Positions 48,503 through 62,977 of a stretch of DNA of 64,000 nucleotides are shown here, one piece after another; positions within the stretch are counted from its first letter, which is position 1, and each line of letters starts with the position of its first letter. Origin of the DNA: Eledone cirrhosa (lineage: Eukaryota); the NCBI GenBank assembly GCA_964016885.1, contig OZ024743.1, positions 65,968,001-66,032,000 of the forward strand. Reading direction: 5' to 3'. The translations under genes and the position numbers were made by a program. The notes beneath the pieces are model-generated. The model saw only the letters and a program-made list of their open reading frames with translations, searched no databases and was not told the DNA's origin.

Positions 48503-49855
48503 CAATATATAACAGTTTTACAAATAGGTTTGACGTACCCTTTAAAATACAACCATTACTTTTGGAGGCTGTCTGGATAGTGATTTGTTTATATAATAAG
48601 TCATAGTGTTAAGCACAATTAGAAAAAGACGGAGAGAAAGAAAGAGAAAAGAACAAAGACAGAGAGAGAGAAAGAAAAGAGAAAGAAAACCTGGAGATAT
48701 ATCGGTGAGAGAGAGAAATGAATAATAAAAATATAAATATAAGTATCAATATTCATGAATGGGACATAGATATATAATATGAGAAATTAAACATTGTTCA
48801 ATAATGACCATATGTTTAGTTCAGAAACTTGAGATCAATATACCAAAATCTGAGTTCAAAATGTACTCTTGCTATAGAGATTAGTATTTTATGCAAAGAC
48901 ATACAAATATATATGTATATATACATACATATAGATACGCACGTCCTGAAAATAGAAATTATGTTTACTCAAGCCAACAATATAGACATACAAAACGTAA
49001 ATGATTTCTCTTAATCACTGCTATACACTCATTGTGTTATAAAAATTTCACAGTATATATATACAAATATATACGATTAACAATCATGTCCTCATATATA
49101 CGATTACCATTCATGTGTTTAATATTATGCACATCTGCAACATACTTCTCAACCACATAGATATATACACATACATATATACACATACATATGTATAAAT
49201 AAATATTTGCGTGCGTCCTCATGCATCACTCATGTATATATACAGACACATATACAAACACAAAAAATCTATAACACTTTCTATGCATGTTAATACACAC
49301 ATATGCATTTGTATAGAGATAATCCAATATCAATAAATTACCAAAGGATTATAATTTGTAAACATAACCATAACAATATAAATTTAAAATACCAAAGGAA
49401 TATATTTTGGAAATGCAACTATATAGTCAAAAGAAATCTAGAAATATCAAAGCATTAAATATCAATAAAACACTATAGAGTATCTTAAGTTAAAATAATA
49501 TGTTTTATATATTTAGTATAGAAATTTATCCTACGTATATCTCAATCAAGATATTGAGAGGGTAGACTTGTGAAAGTTATGAGAAGCTATCATAATCAAA
49601 ACAAATAAATAAAAATAATTTAAAAGATTTAAAAAATTTAAAAAACCCAATGATTCTACAGATAACCTTATATTTAATATAGAAATTTACCTTACGTATA
49701 TTTTATTTAATACATTGAAAGTATAGACATTTTAAAGTAGTTTATTATATCCATGTTTATATTTAGGAAGAAAGTTTAAAAAGAAAAAAGGTGAAGGAAT
49801 CTAATGGATTATCGACAGGTTCTATATATTAACTAAAATTACTTAATTAATTATA

Positions 49856-50586
49856 CTACATTTTAAATTTATATTTATATTTAAACGTTGAGTTCAATCT
49901 ATGTCTGCAGCAAGTGAATAAATTGTTCCTCAGATTAAGGGAATTTTTGGACTTTAATATAAAGAATATTTCTTCAATACAAAGATCACAATTTTCTGAA
50001 GAGGAATTAAAAGGAGTACCCTGTGAGATAATATTCCAATTCATCGAATATTTAATATTATCTCGTTTTAGGTCCCATAGTAGGCTAGATAGCGAAGTTG
50101 AAGATTTTTTTGTTTGGATCTGTGAAAGAATTCTTATGATTATTGAAGCGAAATTTAAATTATGTAGAGGTGGAACCAACATAGTTAAATGAATTTAAAT
50201 TAGTTTTAACATTACAATTATACACTACATTTTTAGCTAAGCAGTTGTTACTTAACGGACAGTTAGATTTATTTCTACAGTTACAGTTATTTAATTGAAT
50301 ATTGTTTGGGTTATTATTGGTATTTTGGTTAGGTTTTAAATTCCTATTATTAATTCTATTAATATTTTGTGCTAAATTTTTGGTGGACGAGTAAGTTAAT
50401 TTTATAGTGTGTCTATTAAAAATTGAGTGATATTTCTGTGTTCTAGGGAAGCGTGTGTCAAGAGCTTTAAAGAATAGTTTAGCAATAGGGGTTTTAATAT
50501 TTAGCGAGAAAGGGGGAGCAAACCATAATATATTTCTAGTTCTATTTCTTTTTCGGCTTTTGGAATTATTGTAATGTTTTCTATTA
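49856..50586 (-). pseudogene. PLE ORF C-terminus: linker, Cys-rich motif and GIY-YIG endonuclease (1 stop, 1 frameshift)
   Basis: RNILWFAPPFS..IFNRHTIKLTYS..NCNCRNKSNCPLSNNCLAKNVVY..YVGSTST*FKFRFNNHKNSF../STSLSSLLWDLK..CDLCIEE..CCRH. Confidence 0.9.
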
Positions 50587-50797
50587 CAGTGATTAAGAGA
50601 AATCATTTACGTTTTGTATGGCTATATTGTTGGCTTGAGTAAACATAATTTCTATTTTCAGGACGTGCGTATCTATATGTATGTATATATACATATATAT
50701 TTGTATGTCTTTGCATAAAATACTAATCTCTATAGCAAGGGTACATGTTGAACTCAGATTTTGGTATATTGATCTCAAGTTTCTGAACTAAACATAT

Positions 50798-50912
50798 GAG
50801 TTCAAATCCCGCTGAGGTTGACTTTGCCTTTCATCCTTACGGGGTCGATAAAATAAAGTACCAGTAATGCACTGGATAATTGCTGGCCTTGTGCCTAAAG
50901 TAGAAACAATTA
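50798..50912 (+). mobile_element. 5'-truncated S1 SINE inserted in the PLE inverted arm
   Basis: Absent from the other arm; replaces 3 bp (gtc); no TSD visible. Confidence 0.85.
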
Positions 50913-51423
50913 TTGAACAATGTTTAATTTCTCATATTATATATCTATGTCCCATTCATGAATATTGATACTTATATTTATATTTTTATTATTCATTTCA
51001 TATAAATTGTTAACTGAACTTAATATGACATGACGTAAAGTTGTCACTGTCCCCCCTCTCTCTATATAGTATTTCTCTCTCTTGAGTTTCTCTTTCTGTA
51101 TGATGACTTGATATCTCTCTGTTGCTTTCCTCTGTTTTTCTTATTCCTTCCTTTTCTTTCTTTTTTATTTCCTCCTATCTTTATCTATCTCTTTCTTTTC
51201 TCCATACATTTCTCTCTCTCTCCGATATATCTCCAGGTTTTCTTCTCTTTTCTTTCTCTCTCTCTGTCTTTGTTCTTTTCTCTTTCTTTCTCTCCGTCTT
51301 TTTCTAATTGTGCTTAACACTATGACTTATTATATAAACAAATCACTATCCAGACAGCCTCCAAAAGTAATGGTTGTATTTTAAAGGGTACGTCAAACCT
51401 ATTTGTAAAACTGTTATATATTG

Positions 51424-51488
51424 TATTTTGTCTGATGAAGGCATACCATAATTTAATGTGGTATCCTTGAAATATGTATAATGAAATA
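51424..51488 (+). ncRNA. Type I hammerhead in the PLE inverted arm
   Basis: tattttgt-CTGATGA-agg-c-atacca..tggtat-cct-t-GAAA-tatgta-TA-atgaaata. Confidence 0.85.
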
Positions 51489-51527
51489 AATATGGTTTTA
51501 TAAATATAGTTTCCATTTATTAATATC

Positions 51528-51570
<43 letters not shown>

Positions 51571-51914
51571 CTCACTCTCACGCTATCTCTTTCCTCCTCT
51601 TCAAGCAAGCAGCTGTCTGCAAGCATAAAAAGGGGATGGACTCAACCAGATTTAAAATGCTCAAAATGTGTCGTATGTCCCTATGGCGCACCTAGGCTCC
51701 ATCAGGAGTTGCGGGTCCACATACATGTAGAAACAGAATGTATGTTTGCATTATTATCGTTGCACTACTAGTAGTATCCTACTCCATAGTATTTATTTTT
51801 TACTGAGTTCTTCCTATCATTGTAATTCCCCTGTGTATCATGTATAGACCTGTAATTCCCGATTTAGTTGTAAGGTGACCGAAGTGACATGCAGCACCTC
51901 TTGGGTCCCTTTTT

Positions 51915-52740
51915 ATTTATCGACGTCGAAATGATGAACGGCAAAGTTGACCTCGGCGTGATTTGAGCTCAAAGCTCAGAGACCCCGAACAAATGCCACA
52001 AAACCTTCTATTTGACGTTCTAACGATTCTGCCCATTCTCCACTTTAGATAGCTTGATATATCGATAACTAGAGCTATCCAATAACGAATTATCAGCGTC
52101 AATTCATTGAAAACGAAAGGATGAAAGGCAAGTTTGACATCGGTAGGATTTGAACTCAGAACGTAGAAAGATGTTATAAAATTCCGCAAAACATTTGGAC
52201 CGACGATTTGACGACTCTTGTCAATCCACCGAGGACTAATAATTGTTTCTACTTTTGGCACAAGGCCAGCAATTATCCCAGTGCATTACTGGTACTTTAT
52301 TTTATCGACCCCGTAAGGATGAAAGGCAAAGTTAACCTCGGCGGGATTTGAACTCAGACCATAAAGGGCCGTAACTCTTTGCTGCAAAGCATGGCGCCAG
52401 ACCCTTGGTTTCTTATTTAGGCACAAGTGCAAAAATCTTGGTGGAAGAGAAAGTCAATTAAATCAACCTCAGTGTGTTACTGGTACTTTATTCTATTGAC
52501 CCTGTAAGGATGAAAGGCAAAGTTAATCTCACGGGGATTTGAATTCAGAACGTAAAGGGCTGAAACACTATGCCGCTAAGCATATTGTCCGATCTCTACC
52601 GATTCTGCCAATCCATCACTCTTCACCGAGAGCTAATAATGATTTTTAATCTAGGTTTATGGCGAGCAACTTTATGGTGAGGGTAAAGCCAAACACATCA
52701 ACGTAATAATAGATGTGTGGGATTTTATTTTATCAACCCC
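51915..52740 (-). mobile_element. Tandem cluster of ~5 S1 SINE copies
   Basis: Repeated ggatgaaaggcaaagtt..gatttgaactcaga units at ~51915, 52090, 52238, 52406 and 52630. Confidence 0.8.
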
Positions 52741-52747
52741 TAATGCT

Positions 52748-53470
52748 GCATGTTTGGCATAAAAATCAGTTCTGCGAAAACAGAGATGGTCGTTCTCTCA
52801 AGAAAGCCTGCGCAGTACACTCTACATATGAATGGAGTTCAACTGAAGCAGGTAAAGAAGTTCAAGTATCTCGGGGCCGTGTTCACGAATGATAGAATGC
52901 AGGAGGCTGAATTAAGTGCAAGAATTACAGGAGCTGGTGCAGTAATGTGTCAGTCTCAGCATTCGACAATCAGAAGAAGAGGAGGCAGGTGTAAAAGCCG
53001 AACTCGCTATCTTCAATTCAGTATTCGTGTCAACCCTTACCTATCGTCATGCATTTTGGGTAATGATTGAAAGAAGAGGATCGCGAATAAAACCAGCCGA
53101 AATGGGGTCCCTCTAAAGGGTCTTTAGAGTAACGTTACTCAATAGAGTGCGTAGCTCGGAGATCAGAGAGGCACTGCAGGTAGAGCCGCTACTTCTCCAA
53201 ATTGAGAGATTACAGCTTCGATACTATAGCCATGTGGTTATAATGTCTCAAGAAAGAATCGCTGGACAGATTTTACGGGCAGGAGACCAAGGGGTAGACC
53301 CCGAGCAATATTGTTGGATAACATCCATGAGAGCGGATGGTTACGCTTAAAAATCCTACTGGATCAGTTGAGGACGGTTGTTTCTGACCGGACCCACTGG
53401 AAGAAGTGTTTGGGGACTCTGCCTCCACGACCCTCTCAGGAAGAAATGGTCGAAGAAGAAGAAAAAATGA
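52748..53470 (+). mobile_element. RTE-clade LINE 3' fragment with (GAA)n tail
   Basis: GIKISSAKTEMVV..LKQVKKFKYLGAVFT..; RSSEIREALQVEPLLLQIERLQLRYYSHVVIMSQER. Confidence 0.9.
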
Positions 53471-53489
53471 AGTGAAAACCCCGGAATAA

Positions 53490-53825
53490 TTCAATTCAAA
53501 GTTGAACTCAGTGAGATTTGAACGCTGATCGTAGAAAGTATTACCTAGATATCGCAAAACATTTTGTCCAGCGCTCTAACAATTCGTAAAAATCTGCCGA
53601 GGAGCAATAATTGTTTCTACATTAGGCACAAGGCCAACAATTTGAGGAGAGGAGAAAAGTGATTAAATAGACCCCCAATGCATTACTGGTACTTTATTAT
53701 ATCGACCCCGTAAGGATGAAAGGCAAAGCCAACACTAGCGGGATTTGAATGCAGAACGTAAAAGGCCATAACTCTATGCTGCAAAGCATGTTGTCCGACG
53801 CGCTACCGATACTGCCCATCCACCG
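53490..53825 (-). mobile_element. S1 SINE copies
   Basis: Full copy at 53605-53825 plus a head fragment. Confidence 0.8.
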
Positions 53826-54591
53826 CCCTCCACCGAGGAGTAATAATGAGTCTACAATGTTTGTCCTCTTCTGTGTACACACCACTTAAAGATTATAACA
53901 TGACAAAAATCTTGTTAACAGTTGTTGTCCAACGTTTGTACTAGATAACAGTTCAAAACCTTCCCAGAAATAAATTTGAAGCTTTTTTCTTTAATATTAG
54001 TTTTTGTTATTTTATTCATCTATTTTTCTTTTCTTTTCTCAAAGAGAAGAAAACTGAACAAGGGGAGAAAGATTTCTTCGCCTTTCTATGTCATGTATTT
54101 TTATGGCTAATGTTTGTACAACCTTAGTTTGTATCCATCTTATAACATTTCATATATCTACATTATTTCGATAAGCTTACGAGGTTGTGTGTACTTTTCT
54201 AGAACCATCTAGCTCTTTTATATTTGTAGTTTGTTTTATTTCCTTTACATTTCATTTCTTTTGTTACCGCATAATAACATTACGACTTGATATCAATATA
54301 GGTAGAGGAATAGAAGAACATTAGGGGCCAACAATTGACCAATCAAAATGAGAACTCAGCAACATCTGAGGTGAGAGTAAGAAAAAAAAAAAACCTATTT
54401 ATTCGGCTTCATCGTAATCATTCATTACACAAAGAGCAGCCAATGGACAAAGGTTCCCTCAAAACCCTAGTGTAGCTAAGCTCGAATAATAATACGTCTT
54501 GAGAAAAGAAAAATATCTCCGATTCAAAGCATATAAAAGCTGTATCAATTAGGATCTGTAGAATTTCCATAGGGTGTACACGTTAACTGTA

Positions 54592-54815
54592 AAGGCAGGT
54601 GGCTTCGTCGTTAGGGTGCTCGATTCACGATCTTAAGGTCGTAAGTTCGATCTCAGGTAGCGCATTGTGTCCTTGAGCAAAACACTTTATTTCACGTTGT
54701 TCAGGCACGGCCACGTTATGGAATGCTCAGGCACTACCACGTTAATTTAATGAGCAGGTAGTTTCGTTGTACGAATAAGTGGAACACTCATCGTTGGAAC
54801 AGACGAAGATCCTAC
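54592..54815 (+). mobile_element. S2 tRNA-derived SINE
   Basis: tggcttcgtcgttaggg..agttcgatctc..gtccttgagcaaaacactttatttcacgttg. Confidence 0.75.
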
Positions 54816-55286
54816 ACACAAGTCAATGATTGCTAAACTTATTCAGGAGAAATGAAGAATATACTTACTATAGCAGAAGCGGGATGTCCAGATGACTTAA
54901 AAGGTTGCTTGGCATTCATAATGACCCATGTCTAATCCCACTGCGTGGTATATTGGGCAAGCATTTACTCTCGGGTCCCAAATAATAGGGGGCTTGGAAT
55001 AAGGAGGCTGGCGGGGTGGAATACTTAGGGTAGGGGTGGTAAAAAATCGGTAATTGTTCTATGTGGTCTCCATTGATTAAAAACACAAAAAAACAACAAC
55101 AGAATTAGTCGTCTAGTTTACATATTCAGCCCCAACCTATCAAATTTATTTTATAACGTATGGCATTTCTAGGAACGTTCTTTTTTGTCATTTATAAAAT
55201 GTTTTTTGAAAGTATATAGAAAATAGATTGTCACAGGAATGTTACCACTTGAAATAAAATTTCGCCGGAGATAGGTTAGTAAAATT

Positions 55287-56056
55287 TAATTGTTTCTACA
55301 TTTGGCACAAGGCCAGCAATTACGCTAGCGAATTACTGGTACTTTATTTTATCGACCCCGTAAGGATGAGAAGCAAAGTTGACCTCGGCGGGATTTGAAC
55401 TCAGAACATAAAGGTCCGTAACTCTATGCTGCGGACATGGCGTCTGACGCTCTACCGATAATGGTTTCTTATATAGGCACAAGGCCAGCAATTTTGTGGG
55501 AGGGGAAAATCGATTAAATGATTCCCAGTGCATGACTGGTACTTTATTTTATCGACCCCGTAAGGATGAAAGGCAAAATTAACCTCGGCGGGATTTGAAC
55601 TCAGAACGTAAAGGGCCATAATTCTATGCTGCAAAGCAGGGCGTCTCACTCTCTACTGATACTGCCAATCCATCGCCTATCATACCATCATAGATTAGCA
55701 AAATTTAATAAGCTGGGGTTGGGGTGGAAAAAATCTGAATATTTAATAAGTGCGGAGGGGGGAGGGGGCATTATTGGAGAACTGAGCGTACGGGAAAGAT
55801 GATGACTGAGAGGAGAGGGAGAAAGAGAGAGAGAGAGAGGGAGAGAGAGAGAGAGAGCAAGGAGTAAATATGATATATATCTACTTTTGGCACAAGGCCG
55901 GCAATTATCCAGTGCATTACTGGTACTTTATTTTATCGACCCCGTAAGGATGAAAGGCAAAGTCAACCTCGGCGGGATTTGAACTCAGATCGTGTAGGGA
56001 CGTAACTATGCTGGAAAGCATGGTGTCCGACCCTCTACCGATACTGCCAATCCACC
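55287..56056 (-). mobile_element. Three S1 SINE copies (55287-55458 and 55459-55675 in tandem; 55879-56056)
   Basis: Reverse complements of S1. Confidence 0.85.
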
Positions 56057-56411
56057 GAGGGCTAAATAATGTTGCTAAATAATAGGAGTTACGGCAGCAT
56101 GACGATTCTGGTGATACGGAATGGTGGACGAGGAGAATCGTATTAGAAATGACGACATAAAGACTGACATACCGTGGTAGCATCAATACAGTTTGACACT
56201 GATGGGGAGGGTGATTATGTCGGGTGGTATCGAAATCATAAAGATCTCCGGTTAACATACATATAAGTATGTCTGTCAATGATAGCCACTGTAACGTATG
56301 ATATACAAATAATTGGTAAAAGTTGTTTAAGTTTAATATACAAATAAAAAAGAATTTCTGTGTATTCGACACTCGGTCTAGAGCAACGCCAGGAGTACAG
56401 GAAATATACAA

Positions 56412-56503
<92 letters not shown>

Positions 56504-56583
56504 GTGAAATCCCGACCACGGCGCCAAGCGGTTTCAGCTTGTGTGGTCTCCTCCTTCTCAGCACTACTATTTATATATATACA

Positions 56584-56650
<67 letters not shown>

Positions 56651-56717
56651 CATATATACATAAATATGTATATAAAGTCTATACACAATAATACCAATAT
56701 TGTTATTATTATGTTAT

Positions 56718-56860
56718 ATCCCGACGAGGTTAACTTTGCCTTTCATCCTTACGCGGTCGATAAAATAAAGTACCAGTCACGCACTGGGGTCGATTTATTC
56801 GACTTTCCCCTCCCCCCACAAATTGCAGGCCTTCTGCCTATATAAAAAAACCATTATTTA
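56718..56860 (+). mobile_element. 5'-truncated S1 SINE
   Basis: S1 body and tail. Confidence 0.8.
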
Positions 56861-56951
56861 AATTATAAATACGTATATGTATATATAAACATATATATAT
56901 GCATAATATATATATATATATATATGCACACACACATTTATATAGATATAT

Positions 56952-57043
<92 letters not shown>

Positions 57044-57466
57044 TTATATACATACATACATGTATGTATATGTATATATGTATTTGTATCTATGCATGCA
57101 TGTATCTTATAATATATTTGTATATATTATAGTAAACAGATACCTATGATAATATAGCTATGTGGCAATGAAGAATTCACCCAAATGTTTGCAACCGATA
57201 TGAATTTAAATAGCCGACAGATGTGTGTTTTAGAAGCCAACTTTACCATTTTCTGCTGACTTGGCATTTCATTTAGATTTAATCGTAAAGAATTAAAAAA
57301 ATGCCCCCTTTTGCCATTTAATTTTTAAAGGCATCGTTTATGTTTCCACGTTGGGAATATAATAGTATAATATACATAATTATATATATACAAATGGATT
57401 CCTATAAATACACATGCTGGCACATAATCACACATACACACACACATACACACATACACACACACA

Positions 57467-57559
<93 letters not shown>

Positions 57560-57599
57560 TTAGACACACACAGGCGCGAGCGCACATATGCACACACTC

Positions 57600-57630
<31 letters not shown>

Positions 57631-57763
57631 TCTCTCTTTCTTATTTTCTCTCTCCTTATCTATCAATCTATCTATTCATCTATCTATCTATCTACCTATC
57701 AATCTATCAATCTATCTATCCATCTCTTCCACTCTATCTATCTACTAACAATCTGTCTGTATG

Positions 57764-57795
<32 letters not shown>

Positions 57796-57970
57796 ACTTA
57801 TTATCTATCACAAACACAAATTTATACAAGCAATCATCTCTGTCTCTCTCTCCAACACTACCCCATCTCTCTATCACTTTATATATATATACATTACCCA
57901 CTCTACTACCTCAAGTATTGAGTACTTTGGTGCGTTATGGTCCACCTGGTTCCTTACCACATTTCCTTCG

Positions 57971-58007
<37 letters not shown>

Positions 58008-58321
58008 TATACATATATATACATACATACGTGCATATATATTGCTCGGTTTGTTGTTCTTTTTCGCTGTTTTTTCAGTTTTCTCTTTTCTTCCATTTTG
58101 CTTCCCCCCCCCCTTCCGTTTTCCCAATAACTTATCCAGTTATTGACACCCTGGGCGGTAGATATATTGTCTTTAAAGCGTAGAAATATCCGAGACACCC
58201 AGTAGACAACTGATGAGGAACCGCCCCCCCCCCCCCATCTTGCATTCTTCTTATTCCCACTCCATTTTAAGGTACCTCAAATAGCAACTACACAGCCATT
58301 TCTATTCTCCATTTATTTCAT

Positions 58322-58461
<140 letters not shown>

Positions 58462-58640
58462 GAAACAGCAGAAAGCCAGACTGGAGATATCTCTTTAAAG
58501 TTTTAATGTTGCAAAAAACACTATATATATATTTCAATGGTTAACTGTATAGTTAACCAAACAGAATGAGCAGTTCTAGCCATTGGTCACCACACAACGC
58601 ACGCACTCTCTCTCTCTCTCACACACACATATATATATAT

Positions 58641-58865
<225 letters not shown>

Positions 58866-58868
58866 CAT

Positions 58869-59130
58869 GAAGGCGCATGGCTTAGTGGTTAGAGCATTGG
58901 GATTGCAATCGAAAGGTTGTGAGTTCAATTCTCGGACCGGGTGATGTGTTGTTTCCTTGAGCAAGACACTTTATTTCACGTTGCTCCAGTTTACTCAGCT
59001 GTAGAAATGAGTACCGGCCAGCCCGCTCAGCCAGTGGGATGGCGTTATCTTATGGCTAATACAGCAGGACGTGCTGTGACCAACGGCGCCGATTGGGGCC
59101 CGACAGACTGGTCGGTCAAGGTGATCAAGG
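58869..59130 (+). mobile_element. S2 tRNA-derived SINE
   Basis: tggcttagtggttagagc (A box), gagttcaattc (B box), ccttgagcaagacactttatttcacgttgctcc. Confidence 0.85.
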
Positions 59131-59149
59131 TGATATATATATATATATG

Positions 59150-59300
59150 AAAAAATTCAGGACTCCAACGGCTGAGTTCCGGCCGTTTCAACAGCTAAAT
59201 CCATCGAGGTCCTGAACTTTTTCCTATTGCCAACACTACTACCCCAAGTATTGAGTATTATGGTGAGTAATGGTCTAACTGGTTTTTAACGCCTCCATTC
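59150..59300. mobile_element. Diverged, rearranged copy of the 15153 HHR-bearing family
   Basis: Minus strand ttcaggacctc-gatg..GAAAC-ggc..gccGTT-ggagtcctgaa; tail matches 57893-57972. Confidence 0.6.
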
Positions 59301-59368
59301 TGATGCACACACAGACACACACACACACGCACACACACACACACATACACACACACATACACACACAC

Positions 59369-59405
<37 letters not shown>

Positions 59406-59780
59406 GCCAATGATGAACAAACAGGTGACGATCGCCACCGCACGGCACAGCTTCGTTTGTTAACAAACGAATCAAACATTCTTAATGTTCGATATAACCC
59501 ATACGTACATATATATATATATATATGTATATATGTGTATGTGTGTATATATATATGTGTGTATATATGCGTGTGTGTATGTATATTTATATATATATGT
59601 GTATGTGTGTATATATGTGTGTACGTGTGCATACTTACATTTATGTATCAGCTGTGCTAGGGCGAGAAATAAAAGTCTAATTTTATATATACATATACTG
59701 GGTCGTCAGGTAAGAAATTTCTAGAAAAAAAAAGAAATTTCTACAAATTTCCCACTTACCTACCCAATATACATATATAC

Positions 59781-59837
<57 letters not shown>

Positions 59838-59918
59838 CTGATGGTAGCTAAGATGCTTCCATAGGCGGTATGCCAGTTGAGCACTCTATGCTCTTACAGA
59901 GCAGAGTATGATAGAATA

Positions 59919-60234
59919 GAAAACGAAAAATCAGTGATGCATCTGAACTCAATTTATTGTGTGTGACAACTGTTTCGCCGATGGACTGTTTCGTCGAGAC
60001 GCGATCATTTTGTGGATCTGTCTGATTCTGGACCCGCAGGTTCGACGGACACGTCTAATGATTTCGGAGCATATATGAGAGAATATGCTTCGAAATCATT
60101 AGACGTGTCCGTCGAAACTGCGGCTCCAGAATCAGACGGATCAACAAAATGACCGCGTCTCGAGCTGTCCGCCGGCGAAACAGTTGTCACACACAATAAA
60201 TTGAGTTCAGATGCATCACTGATTTTTCGTTTCT
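59919..60234. mobile_element. Fold-back element (~155-bp arms, 8-bp spacer) with hammerhead 3' half
   Basis: Arms 59919-60074 and 60083-60234; c-GAAAC-a(gt)t-GTC-acacac then aataaa; abuts (TA)n. Confidence 0.75.
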
Positions 60235-60239
60235 ATCTA

Positions 60240-60322
<83 letters not shown>

Positions 60323-60470
60323 CCCCTCACAACAAAGGTGTAACAATCCTTCTTATCTGTTGTTCTTCACAAGACATTATAGTTTCATCCACTTCACCAA
60401 AAGATTGTGTTTGATCAGAATGGTATGTGTGATGATAAATCTGGTATTAACCAGGATATAGACGATATAG

Positions 60471-60501
<31 letters not shown>

Positions 60502-60549
60502 CTATCTATGTATTTCTTTCTATCTTCTTCCTTCCCAACTCCTCTCTCA

Positions 60550-60591
<42 letters not shown>

Positions 60592-60593
<2 letters not shown>

Positions 60594-60884
60594 CTCTTTT
60601 ACTCTTTTACCTGTTCCAACCATCCGGCTGAGGCCATGCTGGAGCACCGCCCTTGTGATATATATATATATCAGTTGATCGACAAGATCCCAGGCTTCAT
60701 TTGCTTAATGAGTGGGGTAGAGCTCGTCAAATCGGACCGAGGAAACAATGTTTCCATTGGTCGCAAATCCAGGCAGAAGGAGCAACGTGAAATAATGACA
60801 TAACGCAGTGCTCGGTCAGGGAATCGAACTCATATCCTCACGTTTGCGAATAAAATTCTCTAACCATTCAGCCAAGCGTCTTCA

Positions 60885-60885
<1 letters not shown>
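60592..60885 (-). mobile_element. SINE tail (gcggtgctccagcatggcc..gtaaaagagtaaaagagta) plus an S2-type SINE
   Basis: 60675-60885 matches 23549-23732. Confidence 0.7.
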
Positions 60886-60931
<46 letters not shown>

Positions 60932-60991
60932 GCATATATACAGGGTATCCTGCAGAAATGTATACACATATTTACTAGAATGCTATTGAAG

Positions 60992-61178
<187 letters not shown>

Positions 61179-61383
61179 ATCTATATATATATATTGGTAA
61201 ACGGAATAGAAAATGCTGACAAATTGTTCACAGTTCAAAAATGGTTTAATTAGGAATAAAAGAGTATTAGTAATTGTATGGGTTAGTATTCAGTTGTGGT
61301 TTTAAGTTTTTAAGTTTTTACCGGTTGCGCATTTCTAAATGCTTTTCAAAAATAATTTTGAGATAGAGTGTCCGTGCTGTTTG

Positions 61384-61427
<44 letters not shown>

Positions 61428-61430
61428 TAT

Positions 61431-61559
<129 letters not shown>

Positions 61560-61676
61560 TATATACATTCATATATATTTATATTCATATATATATATAT
61601 ATTCATATATATATACATATATATATATATTTATATATATATATATATAGAGATATACACACGCACACACACGCAG

Positions 61677-61744
<68 letters not shown>

Positions 61745-62038
61745 AATATAGTAAGCAATATATATATATATTGTCTACCATTTTGTTTATTTTATATTTT
61801 CGCTCCATACATCTGAAATCGTCCATTGATCTACAATGTTGACTTTGTTTCCCTATTCTACAATAAAGTATTTCTTCAGTGTCCCCTTCAGTTATCTCCC
61901 CCTCCCTAACACCATATTAAAGTTACTTTCTGACCTCATTCCGATTAAACTCTTTTATTACTTCATTAACCGATTTTTACAAAGTCTTATTTCGTATAAT
62001 TCAAATCAAGAATACATTACCCCATCTATCCTTACATG

Positions 62039-62096
<58 letters not shown>

Positions 62097-62107
62097 GACA
62101 CACACAC

Positions 62108-62144
<37 letters not shown>

Positions 62145-62202
62145 GACACACACATACATATAATATATATATATACATACATATTATATATATATATTTA
62201 TA

Positions 62203-62307
<105 letters not shown>

Positions 62308-62466
62308 TTGTAGTAAGGTTGCTTGGATGCGTCCATAGGCGGTATATACATATATATATATATATGCATACACACGTACATACTTACAAACATACGTACA
62401 TACAGGCATATATACGTACATATATACATACATGCATATACATACATAGATACATACATACATACA

Positions 62467-62977
62467 TGGTGGCTGCCAACTCGTTTTCGAGTACGGCCAC
62501 TACTTTATATCCATGTAGGAGAACCCCTACCGATGCGCTGAACGAGTGTGGCTTTTTAGTCCAGCCAGCGACTTGAAAACTCTGGTACAAACACTACACT
62601 TGTGACAATTATTGACAGTGCAGGGCCCATGGTTCCATGTGACAACAAGTGCAGAGAGATCTCCAGATATAAAGCAATGCCTGTGCTGTGAAGCTTTTAT
62701 AGTGAGCAAAGGCACTGCACAAAGCCAGTCCCACTCTCTTAACCAAGATGATATTTACCAAAAAGAAGAGCAAGTCAACATCATTGGATACCATCAGGGT
62801 TGCAGGTGTTATATCAGAGTTTTCCTTCTCCTAGAATTCTGCCTTGACAAAGGCTAAGGGGTCATCTCTCCCGGTGATTTTGGATGGCCATTGACTCTTA
62901 AGAGCTCCTTTGCCCTTTGACAGGTTTTGTTTTTAGTCCTGCAGGATGTCCAAAGTCACCCTCCTCACCAAGAAACC
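62467..62977 (-). mobile_element. RTE-derived non-autonomous element, subfamily A (5'-truncated)
   Basis: Reverse complement of 26507-27017; (ATAC)n on both sides. Confidence 0.85.

Larger units (their letters stand above)
48396..51530 (-). mobile_element. 5'-truncated Penelope-like element (Neptune-type) with inverted copy of its 3' region
   Basis: 48396-49020 is inverted at 50587-51530; a GIY-YIG ORF remnant lies between; there is an HHR in each arm. Confidence 0.9.

Noticed and set aside
56505-56570. Minus-strand hammerhead (ctgagaa...GAAAC-cgc..gtg-GTC)
   Set aside because: Only stem III pairs; the core is non-canonical and stems I and II do not form.
58869-58945. tRNA gene (also 54592 and the S1 heads)
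   Set aside because: A/B boxes are present but the cloverleaf stems are broken and a SINE body follows; these are SINE heads.
59695-59770. Tiny mariner-like MITE
   Set aside because: TIRs are short and poorly matched; not distinguishable from chance in AT-rich DNA.
61780-62040. Possible PLE RT remnant ([15 protein letters not shown])
   Set aside because: Similarity too weak and short to support by eye.
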